A stretch of DNA of 63,237 nucleotides, the filler included, from Octopus bimaculoides (lineage: Eukaryota), in assembly GCF_001194135.2 (NCBI RefSeq). It is 4 parts of 4 records of this genome, joined end to end, with 100 filler letters (N's around TTAATTAATTAA, not from the genome) between each part and the next. Parts side by side here need not be neighbours in the genome. Positions count along the whole stretch, not along the records: positions 16,192 to 39,686 come from NC_069004.1; 3 more parts are not named here. The stretch is one strand, 5' to 3'. The notes under the pieces are model-generated. The model saw only the letters and a program-made list of their open reading frames with translations. It did not search any database and was not told the origin of the DNA. Within the stretch, counting starts at the first letter, position 1, and every line of letters begins with the position of its first letter. Shown here one piece after another: positions 22,802 to 35,456 of the stretch. Both the position numbers and the translations under genes were made by a program.

Positions 22802-24044
22802 NNNNNNNNNNNNNNNNNNNNNNNNNNNNNNNNNNNNNNNNNNNNNNNNNNNNNNNNNNNNNNNNNNNNNNNNNNNNNNNNNNNNNNNNNNNNNNNNNNN
22901 NNNNNNNNNNNNNNNNNNNNNNNNNNNNNNNNNNNNNNNNNNNNNNNNNNNNNNNNNNNNNNNNNNNNNNNNNNNNNNNNNNNNNNNNNNNNNNNNNNNN
23001 NNNNNNNNNNNNNNNNNNNNNNNNNNNNNNNNNNNNNNNNNNNNNNNNNNNNNNNNNNNNNNNNNNNNNNNNNNNNNNNNNNNNNNNNNNNNNNNNNNNN
23101 NNNNNNNNNNNNNNNNNNNNNNNNNNNNNNNNNNNNNNNNNNNNNNNNNNNNNNNNNNNNNNNNNNNNNNNNNNNNNNNNNNNNNNNNNNNNNNNNNNNN
23201 NNNNNNNNNNNNNNNNNNNNNNNNNNNNNNNNNNNNNNNNNNNNNNNNNNNNNNNNNNNNNNNNNNNNNNNNNNNNNNNNNNNNNNNNNNNNNNNNNNNN
23301 NNNNNNNNNNNNNNNNNNNNNNNNNNNNNNNNNNNNNNNNNNNNATATATATATATATATATAAATGTATGTATGCATGTATGTATGTATGTATGAATGA
23401 ATGTATGTATATATGTATATATCTATGCATATATATATGTATGTGTACAAATGAAAAAAGCGAAAGACTGTTCTGAGAACAAAAGTCAGACGATGTTGCA
23501 ACGAGATGCAGTCAGCCAGGAGGAGGCAGGGAATATCTATAGCAATGCCTTTGGAGTCCAGCATGTGTGTGCCTGTATGTGTGCGAACTCAATGCGAATA
23601 TATGTGTGTTTGTGTATGAGTGTAAGGATTTGTATATGTAAACGTACGTACATACTCAGGCACATACACACACACATACACTAATATATACACGTATATA
23701 CACAACCACGTACATGCATTTATTCTTGTGTTTACTTTTATACATAGACGAAAATACAAGCAGACATAAATGAATATTTATATCTGTGATTATGCGTTTA
23801 TACATGCATGTGTAGTGTACATATATATATTTATATACACATGTATATATACATACATACATATATATATGCATATATATATATGTACATATGTATATAT
23901 ATATATATATATGCATATAATATATCTATATGACATATATATATAATATATATGTATATATATGTATGCATTTACATATATATTCCATTGTACATGTTCC
24001 TATATATATATATATGTACATATGCATATGTGTGTCTATATATG

Positions 24045-24120
<76 letters not shown>

Positions 24121-24202
24121 GTATATATATGCATTAGTATGTACATGTGTATGCACATGTGTGTGTAAGAAATTATTTACTAAGCAAACTTCTCAGTCGC
24201 CA

Positions 24203-24245
<43 letters not shown>

Positions 24246-25107
24246 ACGTACGCACATATGTTTACGTATACCTATGAAGTTTTTGGTGCATATATTAATG
24301 CCTTGAAGTGTACGTTTGTGCATGTCAGTGCTTGTGTGTGTGCGTGTGCGTGTGTGTGTTTTTGTTTGTGTACATATATGAATATGTGGTTGTGGTTATG
24401 TCTGCCTATGTATATATGTACGTATGCGTGAATACACGTATATGTCTCTGTATGTGCGTCTGTGTGCTTATGTTTGTTTGTGTGTATGGTTACATGTGTG
24501 TATGTTCATCCGCTTGCATGTGTGTATCATTGTGTGTATATTCAGATAATATACGGATGAAGAGGCACAGTTAATGTGTGTTTGACATTAGCGATAAAAA
24601 TGCAAAAACATGCACATATTTACCCATCCGTGCAATATTAGCTCTTCTTCTCCCACACCCCTATACAAACGCCACCCCTTCAAAACCTTCCCATCAAACC
24701 ATGCAACGAACCATCGGACCATTTAAGCAATAAACCAAGCCATCCACCGACCGTTCATTCGTTCATTCATCTCGCTATCTTTTAACAACATGGCGACCAA
24801 CATTACTTGTTCAAGCCTCGTTTTCATTTCACATTTCTCATCGCCCATAACGTTATCTGTTTAATTCTTATTGCTTTGCTCTGCTGTTGCTTACTCGTTT
24901 GTTTTTATTTCTCCTTCTCCTTCTTCTTCTCCCTGTTATTTTTAATGTTACTGCTGCTGTTATTGATGATGTAAATATTCGTTGTTGTAGAATTTGTTAT
25001 TGTAGTTTTTGCTGATGTCGGGGGGATATTATTCTGTCCTTGTTCATACACATTACCGCTAATGTTTCTCGTACCCCATTTTCTTTTCAAGCCGTTGTCT
25101 TTGTGGC

Positions 25108-25150
<43 letters not shown>

Positions 25151-25271
25151 ATTGTTGTTATTTAATGTATTCTTACTGTTGCTATTTGATGTTGTTACTA
25201 CTAACGTTGTTTATACAATACGTATTTATGTTATTCTTGCATAATTTCCCCGTTTGCTGTTGTTTCTTTCT

Positions 25272-25345
25272 GGGTTTTTATTTAGCACCAGGACAGGCAA
25301 GATCCAGCAAACTTACAATCGAAGACGTTCCAGCCGTGCCCAGCC
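25272..25345 (-). repeat. Short ~80-bp retroposon 3'-tail family D with (AAC)n tail; other copies at ~27215-27282, 31565-31625 (+), 36274-36350 and 60478-60555
   Basis: Shared plus-strand block tttagc..caggtc...gatc.agcaga..tatgatcaaa..c.ttccagccgtg.ccatcc, usually preceded by (GTT)n. Confidence 0.55.
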
Positions 25346-25435
25346 TGCTGTTTTGTACATAACAGTCCTTCCATTTAAAGTGTAATCTAAGAGAGTCTTG
25401 GTTGCAGTTGTTATTCTTTCAAAATATTGTCTTGC

Positions 25436-25498
<63 letters not shown>

Positions 25499-25701
25499 CG
25501 TCAGCATTGTTTCTGTTGTTAAATCAGTTGTTAGTGTTGTTGCCCGTTTTGTTATCTCATGGTGTTGTGCTGCAGTTAGTATTACAATTTCTTTTGTTAA
25601 CCATTCCACTATTTTTTAAAAACTATTCCACTTAATGTTCTCACCTCTTTTTTCCATTTCTCTTTATATATATATACACACACACACAAACACAAACACA
25701 C

Positions 25702-25734
<33 letters not shown>

Positions 25735-26664
25735 NNNNNNNNNNNNNNNNNNNNNNNNNNNNNNNNNNNNNNNNNNNNNNNNNNNNNNNNNNNNNNNNNN
25801 NNNNNNNNNNNNNNNNNNNNNNNNNNNNNNNNNNNNNNNNNNNNNNNNNNNNNNNNNNNNNNNNNNNNNNNNNNNNNNNNNNNNNNNNNNNNNNNNNNNN
25901 NNNNNNNNNNNNNNNNNNNNNNNNNNNNNNNNNNNNNNNNNNNNNNNNNNNNNNNNNNNNNNNNNNNNNNNNNNNNNNNNNNNNNNNNNNNNNNNNNNNN
26001 NNNNNNNNNNNNNNNNNNNNNNNNNNNNNNNNNNNNNNNNNNNNNNNNNNNNNNNNNNNNNNNNNNNNNNNNNNNNNNNNNNNNNNNNNNNNNNNNNNNN
26101 NNNNNNNNNNNNNNNNNNNNNNNNNNNNNNNNNTATATATATATGTATATGTATATGTATATGTATATATATGCATATATATGCTTTGTCGTTACTATGT
26201 CGATTTGTTGTTGCTGCAGTTGTTCTTACGCCTATCCTTTCATTCGCATTTCTCCTAATGTTCTTCTCGTTTTTATAGTCAACCTTACACATTTGCAAGT
26301 TAATATTACTGACTTTGCCAAAACTTATCTTGTTATTATCGTTGCTGCTGCTGATGATGATGTTGGCGGTTACAACGTTAATGTTGTTGATATTGCCGCT
26401 GTTGTCGTCGATTTTGTTGTTGTTGTTGTTGTTGGTGGTGGCGCTGTTTTTAATACTATTATTGGTATTGGCGTTGTTGATGTCATCATTGGTAAAGATG
26501 TTGTTGTTATAACTGTTGTTGTCGCCATTGTCTACGCCATCGTCGTTGTTGTTACTTTAGATGTTGATGTTGATGTTGTTGTTGTTGTAGTCTGCCTCGC
26601 TGTTACGTTTTATACATTACGCCATTAACATTGTTCACCATTAATTTACATGTTGCTGTTTCTT

Positions 26665-26771
26665 GTTGCCATGGCAATGCATGCATGCAAATGGTCGTTA
26701 TATATATATAGCATGTATGTATATACATATATGTTCACCCCCCACTCTCTCTTTCCCTTTCTCTCTCTCTG

Positions 26772-26807
<36 letters not shown>

Positions 26808-26972
26808 TGGAGAGAGAGACACGATGAAACAAATAAACACACACAGAGACAAAAGGAAAGGACAAACAAACGGAGAGAAACAAAGAAACAGAGGGTAGGA
26901 GAGAGAGAAGGAGAGAGAGAGAGAAGGAGAGAGAGAGAGAAGGAGAGAGAGAGAGAAGGAGAGAGAGAGAGA

Positions 26973-27005
<33 letters not shown>

Positions 27006-27128
27006 GACATCTTCTTTGCATTGTCTTCAAATCCTGACCTTTTCGATTTTTTAATTTTATTTTAACTCCAAAAAGAAAACAACAAAAATCCAAAATGGCG
27101 GCAGTTAATTAACAGTTTTCATAGCAAC
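26665..27128. promoter_or_regulatory. Candidate RFX (X-box) and YY1 regulatory region
   Basis: GTTGCCATGGCAAT (26665-26678), CAAAATGGCGGC (27091-27102) and GTTTTCATAGCAAC (27115-27128). Confidence 0.3.
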
Positions 27129-28424
27129 GGAAGGTAACAGGACCGTATCCAACGACCCAGTTTTCAACAACACCAACATGCTGCTCTTTGCAGTTTTTGT
27201 CGTTGTTGTTGCTGTTTAGCCTTAGGTCAACCTTGATCAAGCAGATCCGAGCCAAACCAGTCATGACCATCACGTCTTATCGTATATTTTTCAGATGCAG
27301 TCAATACGTTAGCACATTCTGCATCATTATCCTCTTCCTGATCATCATCATTATCATGAGACAGTCACGAAATCTCCATTTGGTCGTTTCATCTGCTAGA
27401 AACAGTAGCCAACCAAAATCTCCCTCAAGCCATCCTGGACACGCTGTGGACACGCTGGACAATGGGGTTGTGTGAACACTTACGACGAGAAGAAAACATA
27501 GGATGGCCATGGTTAGACTGTCTGTGAACATAGTTGAGCGTGACGGTAGACAACATGACTCTAATGAACAACAAATTCACCATCACCAACACCACCACCA
27601 CCACCACCGCCGCTGCCTCCGCCTTCACCACCTCCGCCTTCACCGCCTCCGCCTTCACCGCCTCNNNNNNNNNNNNNNNNNNNNNNNNNNNNNNNNNNNN
27701 NNNNNNNNNNNNNNNNNNNNNNNNNNNNNNNNNNNNNNNNNNNNNNNNNNNNNNNNNNNNNNNNNNNNNNNNNNNNNNNNNNNNNNNNNNNNNNNNNNNN
27801 NNNNNNNNNNNNNNNNNNNNNNNNNNNNNNNNNNNNNNNNNNNNNNNNNNNNNNNNNNNNNNNNNNNNNNNNNNNNNNNNNNNNNNNNNNNNNNNNNNNN
27901 NNNNNNNNNNNNNNNNNNNNNNNNNNNNNNNNNNNNNNNNNNNNNNNNNNNNNNNNNNNNNNNNNGTATTAATTACCACAGCATTTGGTGTACCGCCTCG
28001 GTCAACACATCTACCACCACCTCCTTCTCCTCCCCTCCTCCACCACCCTCATTACTACTACTACCACCACAACAACCACCACCACCTCTTCCTCTTCCTC
28101 CTCCTCCTCCTCCTCCTCTTCCATCACCATCATTACTACAACTACCACCACAACAACCACCAAGACTTCTACTACCACTGACATTAGCATACCAGCGTAT
28201 TTTATGTACCATTAATGGAATGCCTCTACTACAACAGTAGCAACAACAATAATAGGAAAGACAACAACAACAACAACAACAACAACAACAGTTAGCAGCA
28301 GTATCAACAGCAATAACAGCAGAAATTTAACCGGAATAAAATTTGCAACAACAAAAACAACAACGCTATCAACAGTGATAACAGAAGCAACAACAACAAC
28401 AACAACAACAGTAAGAATAATAAT

Positions 28425-28462
<38 letters not shown>

Positions 28463-28672
28463 GAAGTTTACCTTGAAGAAATGCAAGGATAATAGAGTAT
28501 GGCAGATTATTAGTTGTTCAATGAACACAAAGTACCTATCAGGGTGGAATTTTAATAAACTGACTGTTTCATTTTGGTCATATCAGACAAGAATTTTCAG
28601 AACATAATTCTTATCTTTTCACCCCGACCATATCGCTATTCTGACTAATTCTTTCCCTTCATCTCTCCACCA

Positions 28673-28717
<45 letters not shown>

Positions 28718-29538
28718 AATTTCTGTCTGTCTTTCTCTCTCTCTCCCTAATTTCTGTCTCTCTCTCAGCCTCTCACATTGGTTTCTCTGTCCTTTTGTTT
28801 CTATCTCACAGACGCTCATCTTCTTCAATCTCTTTCTCTTCGCCTTCCTCTTCGTATCTCTTCCATCGCCGTTTATTATAACACTTTCGCCATGTTTAAC
28901 ATCTGCTAAGAGAATGCGCATTAATGCGGCAGTTTATTGGTCGTCTGTTTTCTTTGAAACAAGACCTAGACTGATTTCTTTCGATATATAACGGCGCTTT
29001 TGGACTAAAAAGAAGAAAGAGAAAGAAAAGAAAAAGAAAAAGAAATCGAAGGGAAAAGAAGAGAGAAGAAAATAATGAAAAATAAAATAAAAAGAACGAA
29101 ACAAAGAAAAAGAAAATAGAAAAGAAAAGGTGAGGAAAAGAAAGTCAAAGATGAGGAATTTCAAAAGCGAAACTTGCTTTTATATTCAGCACCATTTAAC
29201 TGCTTTCTAAAGTGACTGGCGAAATCAAACAAACGTCTGGTTTAGATGCATTTCATAGAACCGTCACAAACTTATATTTCGATCAAGCAGCCATCTGCAT
29301 TTGGATGCAGTCAAAGCGCCACATTCAACATGGTAGAAAAGGATAGAAAAACGGCGGGGAAACAAGATGAGAACCAGTCGTTTTCCCAATTCGGCGTTCC
29401 CTATTTTCTCTACCCTCACCTCTCTCTCTCTCTCTCTCTCTCCTTAATTTTACAAACGTGTTTTCCACAGATATGCATATTTATGTTAGTAGATATTACA
29501 GCTGTATATGTGAGCATAAATATGAAAAATGCATATAA

Positions 29539-29628
<90 letters not shown>

Positions 29629-29919
29629 ATGAAAGTCAGAAGGCATGGGAGGTGAATAGTCTTTTTATTTAACTATTTGACATGCTTGGGATTACGGCTG
29701 TTTCACAGCCTTCGTCATGTAATAATTTCAGTGTTGAAGAAATTATGCTTATATGTTTGCATTAATATGTATGCTTAGCATTATGCAGTACAATTGTATA
29801 TTTAACAAATCTATGCAAATGAAGAAAGCTAGCGCGTCAGATCGTCAGAACATCATGGTTACACCGGTAGCTTAACTTTATAGAGTTCAATTGTTTGTGC
29901 AGCCATCATGTTCATAACG

Positions 29920-30272
29920 CATTTGTTTATATCGCAAACGGGGAGATAAATCTCCAGCAACTTCAGTACCGAGACCACCGGATCACGTGATTTCGATCTT
30001 CTTTGATCTCATCGGAGATGGACGCTCGACCGCTAGAGACAGCAGCGACTCATCTCTCTGCCATGACATTAATACTGCCTCTGTCGCTAATATAAATTTT
30101 TAAACAACCTGACTGGTTAATCGCAACACCGGTGCCAGTTGTGGCAAAGATTTTCTATATATCTCTAGCGATCGAGCGTCCATCACCGAAAAGATCGAAA
30201 TCACATGACCTGGTGGTCTCTGCGCTGGAGTTGGTAGGGATTTATCTCCCCGCTAGTGACATAAGCGAACAA
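29920..30272. mobile_element. Old palindromic or foldback MITE-like element with ~100-120-bp imperfect arms
   Basis: 29939-30040 is an imperfect inverted repeat of 30161-30252 (CGGGGAGATAAATC...GAGACCACC...GTGATTTCGATCTT...GATGGACGCTCGA.CGCTAGAGA), extending about 20 bp further outward. Confidence 0.6.
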
Positions 30273-30353
30273 GCGTGTATTCTGCACCGAAAGCCCTATC
30301 AGAAAGGAGAAAAACACGAAAAAAAAAATTGAATAGTGTTCGGTCAACGGTCA

Positions 30354-30400
<47 letters not shown>

Positions 30401-30402
<2 letters not shown>

Positions 30403-30532
30403 GAAGAGAAACTGGTAGAATAAGTACTAGGCTTAATAAAATATGAGTACTGGTGTCGATTAATTCGACTAAAGATTCTTCACGCCGGTGCCCCAGCATG
30501 GCCGCAGTCTAGTGGCTGAAACATATAAAAAA
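30401..30532 (+). mobile_element. SINE family A, 3' half
   Basis: TAGAATAAGTACTAGGCTT...GTCGATT..TTCGACTAAA...CCCCAGCATGGCCGCAGTC. Confidence 0.75.
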
Positions 30533-30810
30533 AGACACATGCACACACATATGTGTATTTATTTATTTATTTATTTATTTATGAATGTATGTGTGCCTCC
30601 ACGCGTACATGTTTTTCTACAACTGCGTTGTGGAATACTACATAAAAATCATAGCAAATAGATATTATTTACCTGAAGAGAATATACCATCTACATGCAG
30701 AAACAGGTAAGGAAGATAATCCATCCTAATCCATTACTTAGCTTAATCTTCTTGGTTAAAATAAAAGTGTATTCATATACATAAGTGCATGTGAGTTTGT
30801 GCGTGTGTGT

Positions 30811-30845
<35 letters not shown>

Positions 30846-30883
30846 CAATCATGTGTATGTGTACGTAAATATATGTGCGTTAA

Positions 30884-31197
30884 GTGGCACTCCGTCGGTT
30901 ACGACGACAAGGGTTCCAGTTGATCAGATGAACGGAACAGCTTGCTTGTAAAATTGATATGCAAGTGGCTGAGTACACCACAGATACATGTATCTCAGAG
31001 AGATCCACCTTGACACAGAATGCGACAAGGCTGGCCCCTTTTTTGAAATACAGATACAACTCAATTTTGCAAGCTGAGTGGAGTGGAGCAATACGAAATA
31101 AAGTGTCTTGCCGAAGGACGATACGCGTCGCCGAGAATTGAACTTACGACCTTACGATCTTAAGCCCCATATCCTAACCACTAAGCTACGCGCCTTC
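30884..31197 (-). mobile_element. tRNA-derived SINE C2 (different head and central block, same 3' half as SINE C)
   Basis: Head GAAGGCGCGTAGCTTAGTGGTTAGG, B box AAGTTCAATTCTC, block GTCCTTCGGCAAGACACTTTATTTC, and tail ...GATCAACTGGAACCCTTGTCGTCGTAACCGACGGAGTGCCA shared with 40942-41292. Confidence 0.8.
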
Positions 31198-31767
31198 CCA
31201 TATATGTGCGTTCCTTTATAATGGCAATCACCTTCATAAGAAATTCAGATTGTGATTGTTATAGATAGGCATCGCTTAGATTTTAGCACTTTACTCAACA
31301 CCAGTCACTCTTATTCAAAGACTGAACAAAAATACGGTTCGCTGAGACTGTTGCTAAGCGTATGTGCAAGAATGTAAGACTTGTTGCTATCGAGAAATAT
31401 AAAAACATTCACAAAACGATTCTTAGTGACGCACTCCATGCAAAACACGAGCAGTTAAGATACTGTTAACATGTTTTATGTTGGAAATATCGTAATGTTA
31501 AACTAAATAACCTTTATCTTTCTTGTACTTTACTAATAGATAACACGATGCTTGACATAAAGATGAGGCGAGTCCTTTTGATCTTAGATCAATACGATCA
31601 ATAACGATCGGGTCTTAACCACCACCACCAGCAACACCAACAACAACAAGATCAACTACAACGATGATGACAACGACAACAACAACAACAACAACAGTTT
31701 TCGTGAAATATGATAGAGTGTAGAAAAGGCAACGTTTTCACAACAATTGCTTAGATTCGTTCTGCAG

Positions 31768-31974
31768 GATGTGATTAACGATTGTATGTCAGAGTGCAGA
31801 GTAGGAGCGTATGGTGGACAAGCAGGCAGAGATATATGGTAAGGCTTGTATCCCCTGGACCTGTGGATCATATCTACACGTTTAGCCGACTAACCCTGCG
31901 TAACATGGGTTTTCTATAGCTTGGCTGTTCGCTGGGAGATACAACAACAACGGGAACAACGACAGCAAAGAAAC
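31768..31974 (+). other. Candidate pair of small exons (31768-31838 and 31920-31974) separated by an 81-nt intron
   Basis: TCTGCAG acceptor, GTAAGG donor, GACTAAC branch-like motif 31888-31894, TTTTCTATAG acceptor and GTAAAG donor. The spliced 126 nt is open in phase 0: DVINDCMSECRVGAYGGQAGRDICLAVRWEIQQQREQRQQRN. No recognisable homology. Confidence 0.25.
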
Positions 31975-32019
31975 GTAAAGACAGGTCAAACTTTTCCTCT
32001 TACTCACCGTCATTCTCAC

Positions 32020-32026
32020 TAAATTA

Positions 32027-32076
<50 letters not shown>

Positions 32077-33378
32077 ATCAACTTCTCTGCCAATCAGCCC
32101 CTCTCTATTAGCTCCTTTGTCTCCCTCTCTCTATCAGCTTATCCCTGTCTATCAGCCTTTCTCTCTCTCTCTCTCTTTAACCAAACTTAGTTTTCAAACC
32201 CTTTCTTTCCTCCCTCTCTCAAAAACTTAATAAGACACACATATAAGCATAAACACGTAGGCACAAATACATACAAACGTATATACCAAGATAGAAAAAC
32301 ACCCTTATGCATATATATATACATACACACACATGTGTGTATGTATGTATGCATATACACACACATATATATATATACATAATCTCCAATTTTCACCTTG
32401 TTTCTTTCTGCCATAAACACACACATCTAAAGCACACATTCACACATACACGTAGGCACATACGAACACACACAGCACAAACACAGTCTTCCGTTCTCTC
32501 TTTTTATTTCTCTCACATCTCTTCTCCACTTCTCTCTTCTCCTCTTTCTCTGCCCCTCTCTCTTTCTTTCTCCTTATCATCTCTCTCTCTCACTCTCTCT
32601 CTTGTTATAGTCTCTCTCTCCCCTTCACTTCGTTTCTGCCCATCGTTCGTAGCTGATCTTCAGACATTTTGCAAGGGTCACAAACAGTTTCGACACTTGT
32701 CTTTTTCTTTGTTTGTTGTTGATATTCTTGATGGTGGCAACGCTCCGGGTGGTGGGGGCTCCTGTGAGGTGGTGGTGGTGACAGTAACGTGAGTGGTGGT
32801 GACGGTGGAAGCGAGGCAAGCCTCCAAATCTGCTCCATCCTTATTAATCACAGACTCCCCCCTTCCCCACCAAATCAATTCTCCTATTCAGCCACCTCCC
32901 TCAACGACCCACTCCCACCACATCGGCCTCACTAATATCTACCTTTCTCTCTCACTTCTCTCACACCCGTTCTGTGTTTCTCTCTCTCTCTCTCTCTCTT
33001 TCGTTCATCACTCTTTCTCCCTCACTAACCCTCTCTCTCTTCTCTTTCTTCTTGAAGCCTATGTCTCTTTCAGCCTACTTCTCCCCCCCTCTCTCTTTCT
33101 CTCTCGAGTTTATCCTTCTCTATGTCTAACCAACCTCACCTCTCTCCCTCTTCATAAACGCCCTGTCTTTCTTTGCCTCTCTCTCGTTGTATTTCATACT
33201 TTTTCTGATTCCCTCTCTTTCTCTCTCTCCTTTCTCTCTAATCTTTGCTCTCACTCTCACTGCTCACTCTCTTTCTCTGCTTTTGTTTCTTTTTCTTTCT
33301 CACTTTTGTTCACCACTCTTCCTCTCTCTCTCTCTCTGTCTAACTGTACCTCTCTCTCTTTCTCTATCTACCTATCTG

Positions 33379-33468
<90 letters not shown>

Positions 33469-33504
33469 ACCGTTTCTGATTGTATGTCTGTTTGTGTAAC
33501 TGCA

Positions 33505-33540
<36 letters not shown>

Positions 33541-34736
33541 TTCGGTTACTAGTCTCTTGTCTGCCTACCTCTCTTTCTCTTTCTCTTTCTCTCTTTTTCT
33601 CTCTTTCACCCTCCCCCTCTCTGTATGTGTAATCTCTGTCTGTCTCTCTGTCGGTCTCTCTCCTCCCTCGCTTTCTCTATCTCTTCTCCTCTCTCCCTCT
33701 CTCTCTTCTTCTCTCCCCCTCTCTCTCCCCCTCTCTCTCTCTGCCTGTACATCCGATGATCTGAAGGTATTTCCAGACGAGAGAGAGAGAGAGAGAGAAT
33801 GGTTTAACGCAAAAGAAGAGCAGTAACGCAAATAGTAGGGTGGGGTGTGTGGAGGTGGTGGAAGGGTTTAATGGATAAAGGATGGGAGGTGGTGGGTGTG
33901 GCGGTGGTGCCAGCGGTACATATGACGATAGGTGGGGGGTTGGGAAGGGAGCAGTATTTGGTAGGTGTGTATGTAGAGGAGGGGGGTGGAAATGGGAGAG
34001 AGAGAGAGGGAGAGAGCGAAGTGTTGGGAGTCCGTTGCTATCTTTCGGTTGATCTGAGAATCATTTTTCAAAAGAGATCGAGGGACGGGGTGGTGGTGGC
34101 TGTGGCGGTGACGGTGGTGGTAGTGGTAGCGGTGATGGTTGGTCGTGATGATGTTGATGTTGTTGGTAACTATGAAGCTGGTGGTGTCTTTGATAATGAT
34201 GGTGGTAGTGGCGGTAGTGGTGGTGGCGGTGACAGTGCTTGTGTGGTTGGTAATGATGATGATGGTGGTGGTGGTGGTGGTGGTGATGGTACTGGCGTGG
34301 TTGCTGCTGCTGCTGATGGTGGTGGTGATGATGATGATAGTGGTGGTAATGATGATGATGGTAGTGGCGGTGGTGGCGGTGATGGTAGTGGTAATGCTGG
34401 TGATGTGGAGATGGTGATGGTAGTGACAATGCTTGCGTGGTTGGTTATGATGATGATGGTGGTGGTCATCGTGGTAGTGGTGGTGTTGGCGGAAAATGGT
34501 GTTGCTGGTGAGGGAGGGGTGTGGGGTGTGGCGGGTTGGTGGTGGCGGAGGTGGTACGATGGAAGGAGAACATTGGAAGGTGGGGCGGGAGGTAGCAAAG
34601 AAATGGGGGAGAGGTGGTCAGACTTCAAGAGTCAATGGCAGCGGTAGGGATGATGGTCATGGTAGGGTCCACAAAAAGGGAAGTGGCAAAAGGGAGCAGA
34701 ATAGAGTCTATGTGTGCGTATCATTGCACATGCACG

Positions 34737-34774
<38 letters not shown>

Positions 34775-35384
34775 GGTATGACCGGCGAGGTTTTGAGTGT
34801 TGATTGGTGTGGAGGTGGAGGTGGAGGCGTTTGCAATGGTTGGTGTTACCTGGAGAGCAAGGAAGAGAAGGAGGTGAAGAAGAGAAAAGAGGGAAAGTAA
34901 GGAAGAAGAGGAGAAGGGTGTATAAACGGTGGGAGAGAAAGGTGCGAGGCGGAGAAGCAAGTAGATACACGCACACACACATAATATATATATATAGAAA
35001 GAGAGAGAGAGAGAGAGGGAGGGAAAGATAGAGAGAGAGAGAGAGAGAGATAAAGGAGGTGAGAGAAAGAGATGGACGTGTAAATGTGCGAAGTTTAGGA
35101 GAATTAGAAGTGAAGGGGGGGGAGGAGAAGAAGAAGAAGAAGAAGAAGAAGAAGACGATAATGATGATGATGGTGATTATGATGATGATGATGAAGAAGA
35201 TGAAGAAGAAAAAGACAAAGAAAAAAATGAGGAGGAGGAAGAAGAAGAAGAAGAAGTGAGGCTTTTGGGGCAAGTAATGGCGGTAACTGTGAATAAGTGA
35301 ATAAATGGAGAACAAAGAAAGGGGAGAGAAAGACAGGAGGTGAGACGGAGAGGGAAATGGATAAGAACTGAAGAAAATGTGTGT

Positions 35385-35456
<72 letters not shown>

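Noticed and set aside
18400-24570. Long ORFs rich in YI, MYVC, HT and X residues
   Set aside because: Translations of (AT)n, (ATGT)n, (AC)n and N gaps, with no coding signal.
27301-27510. Minus-strand 69-aa ORF with ACCATGG context and a signal-peptide-like start (MAILCFLLVVSV...CPGW...RKR)
   Set aside because: It appears to be a mosaic of repeats: its start resembles tail family D, its middle matches the repeat at about 36425-36475, and its end is an (ATC)n tract.
33847-34647. 266-aa Gly/Asp/Val-rich ORF and overlapping His-rich and Pro-rich ORFs
   Set aside because: Derived from (GGT)n/(GAT)n repeats that are open in most frames, with no domain or splice support.
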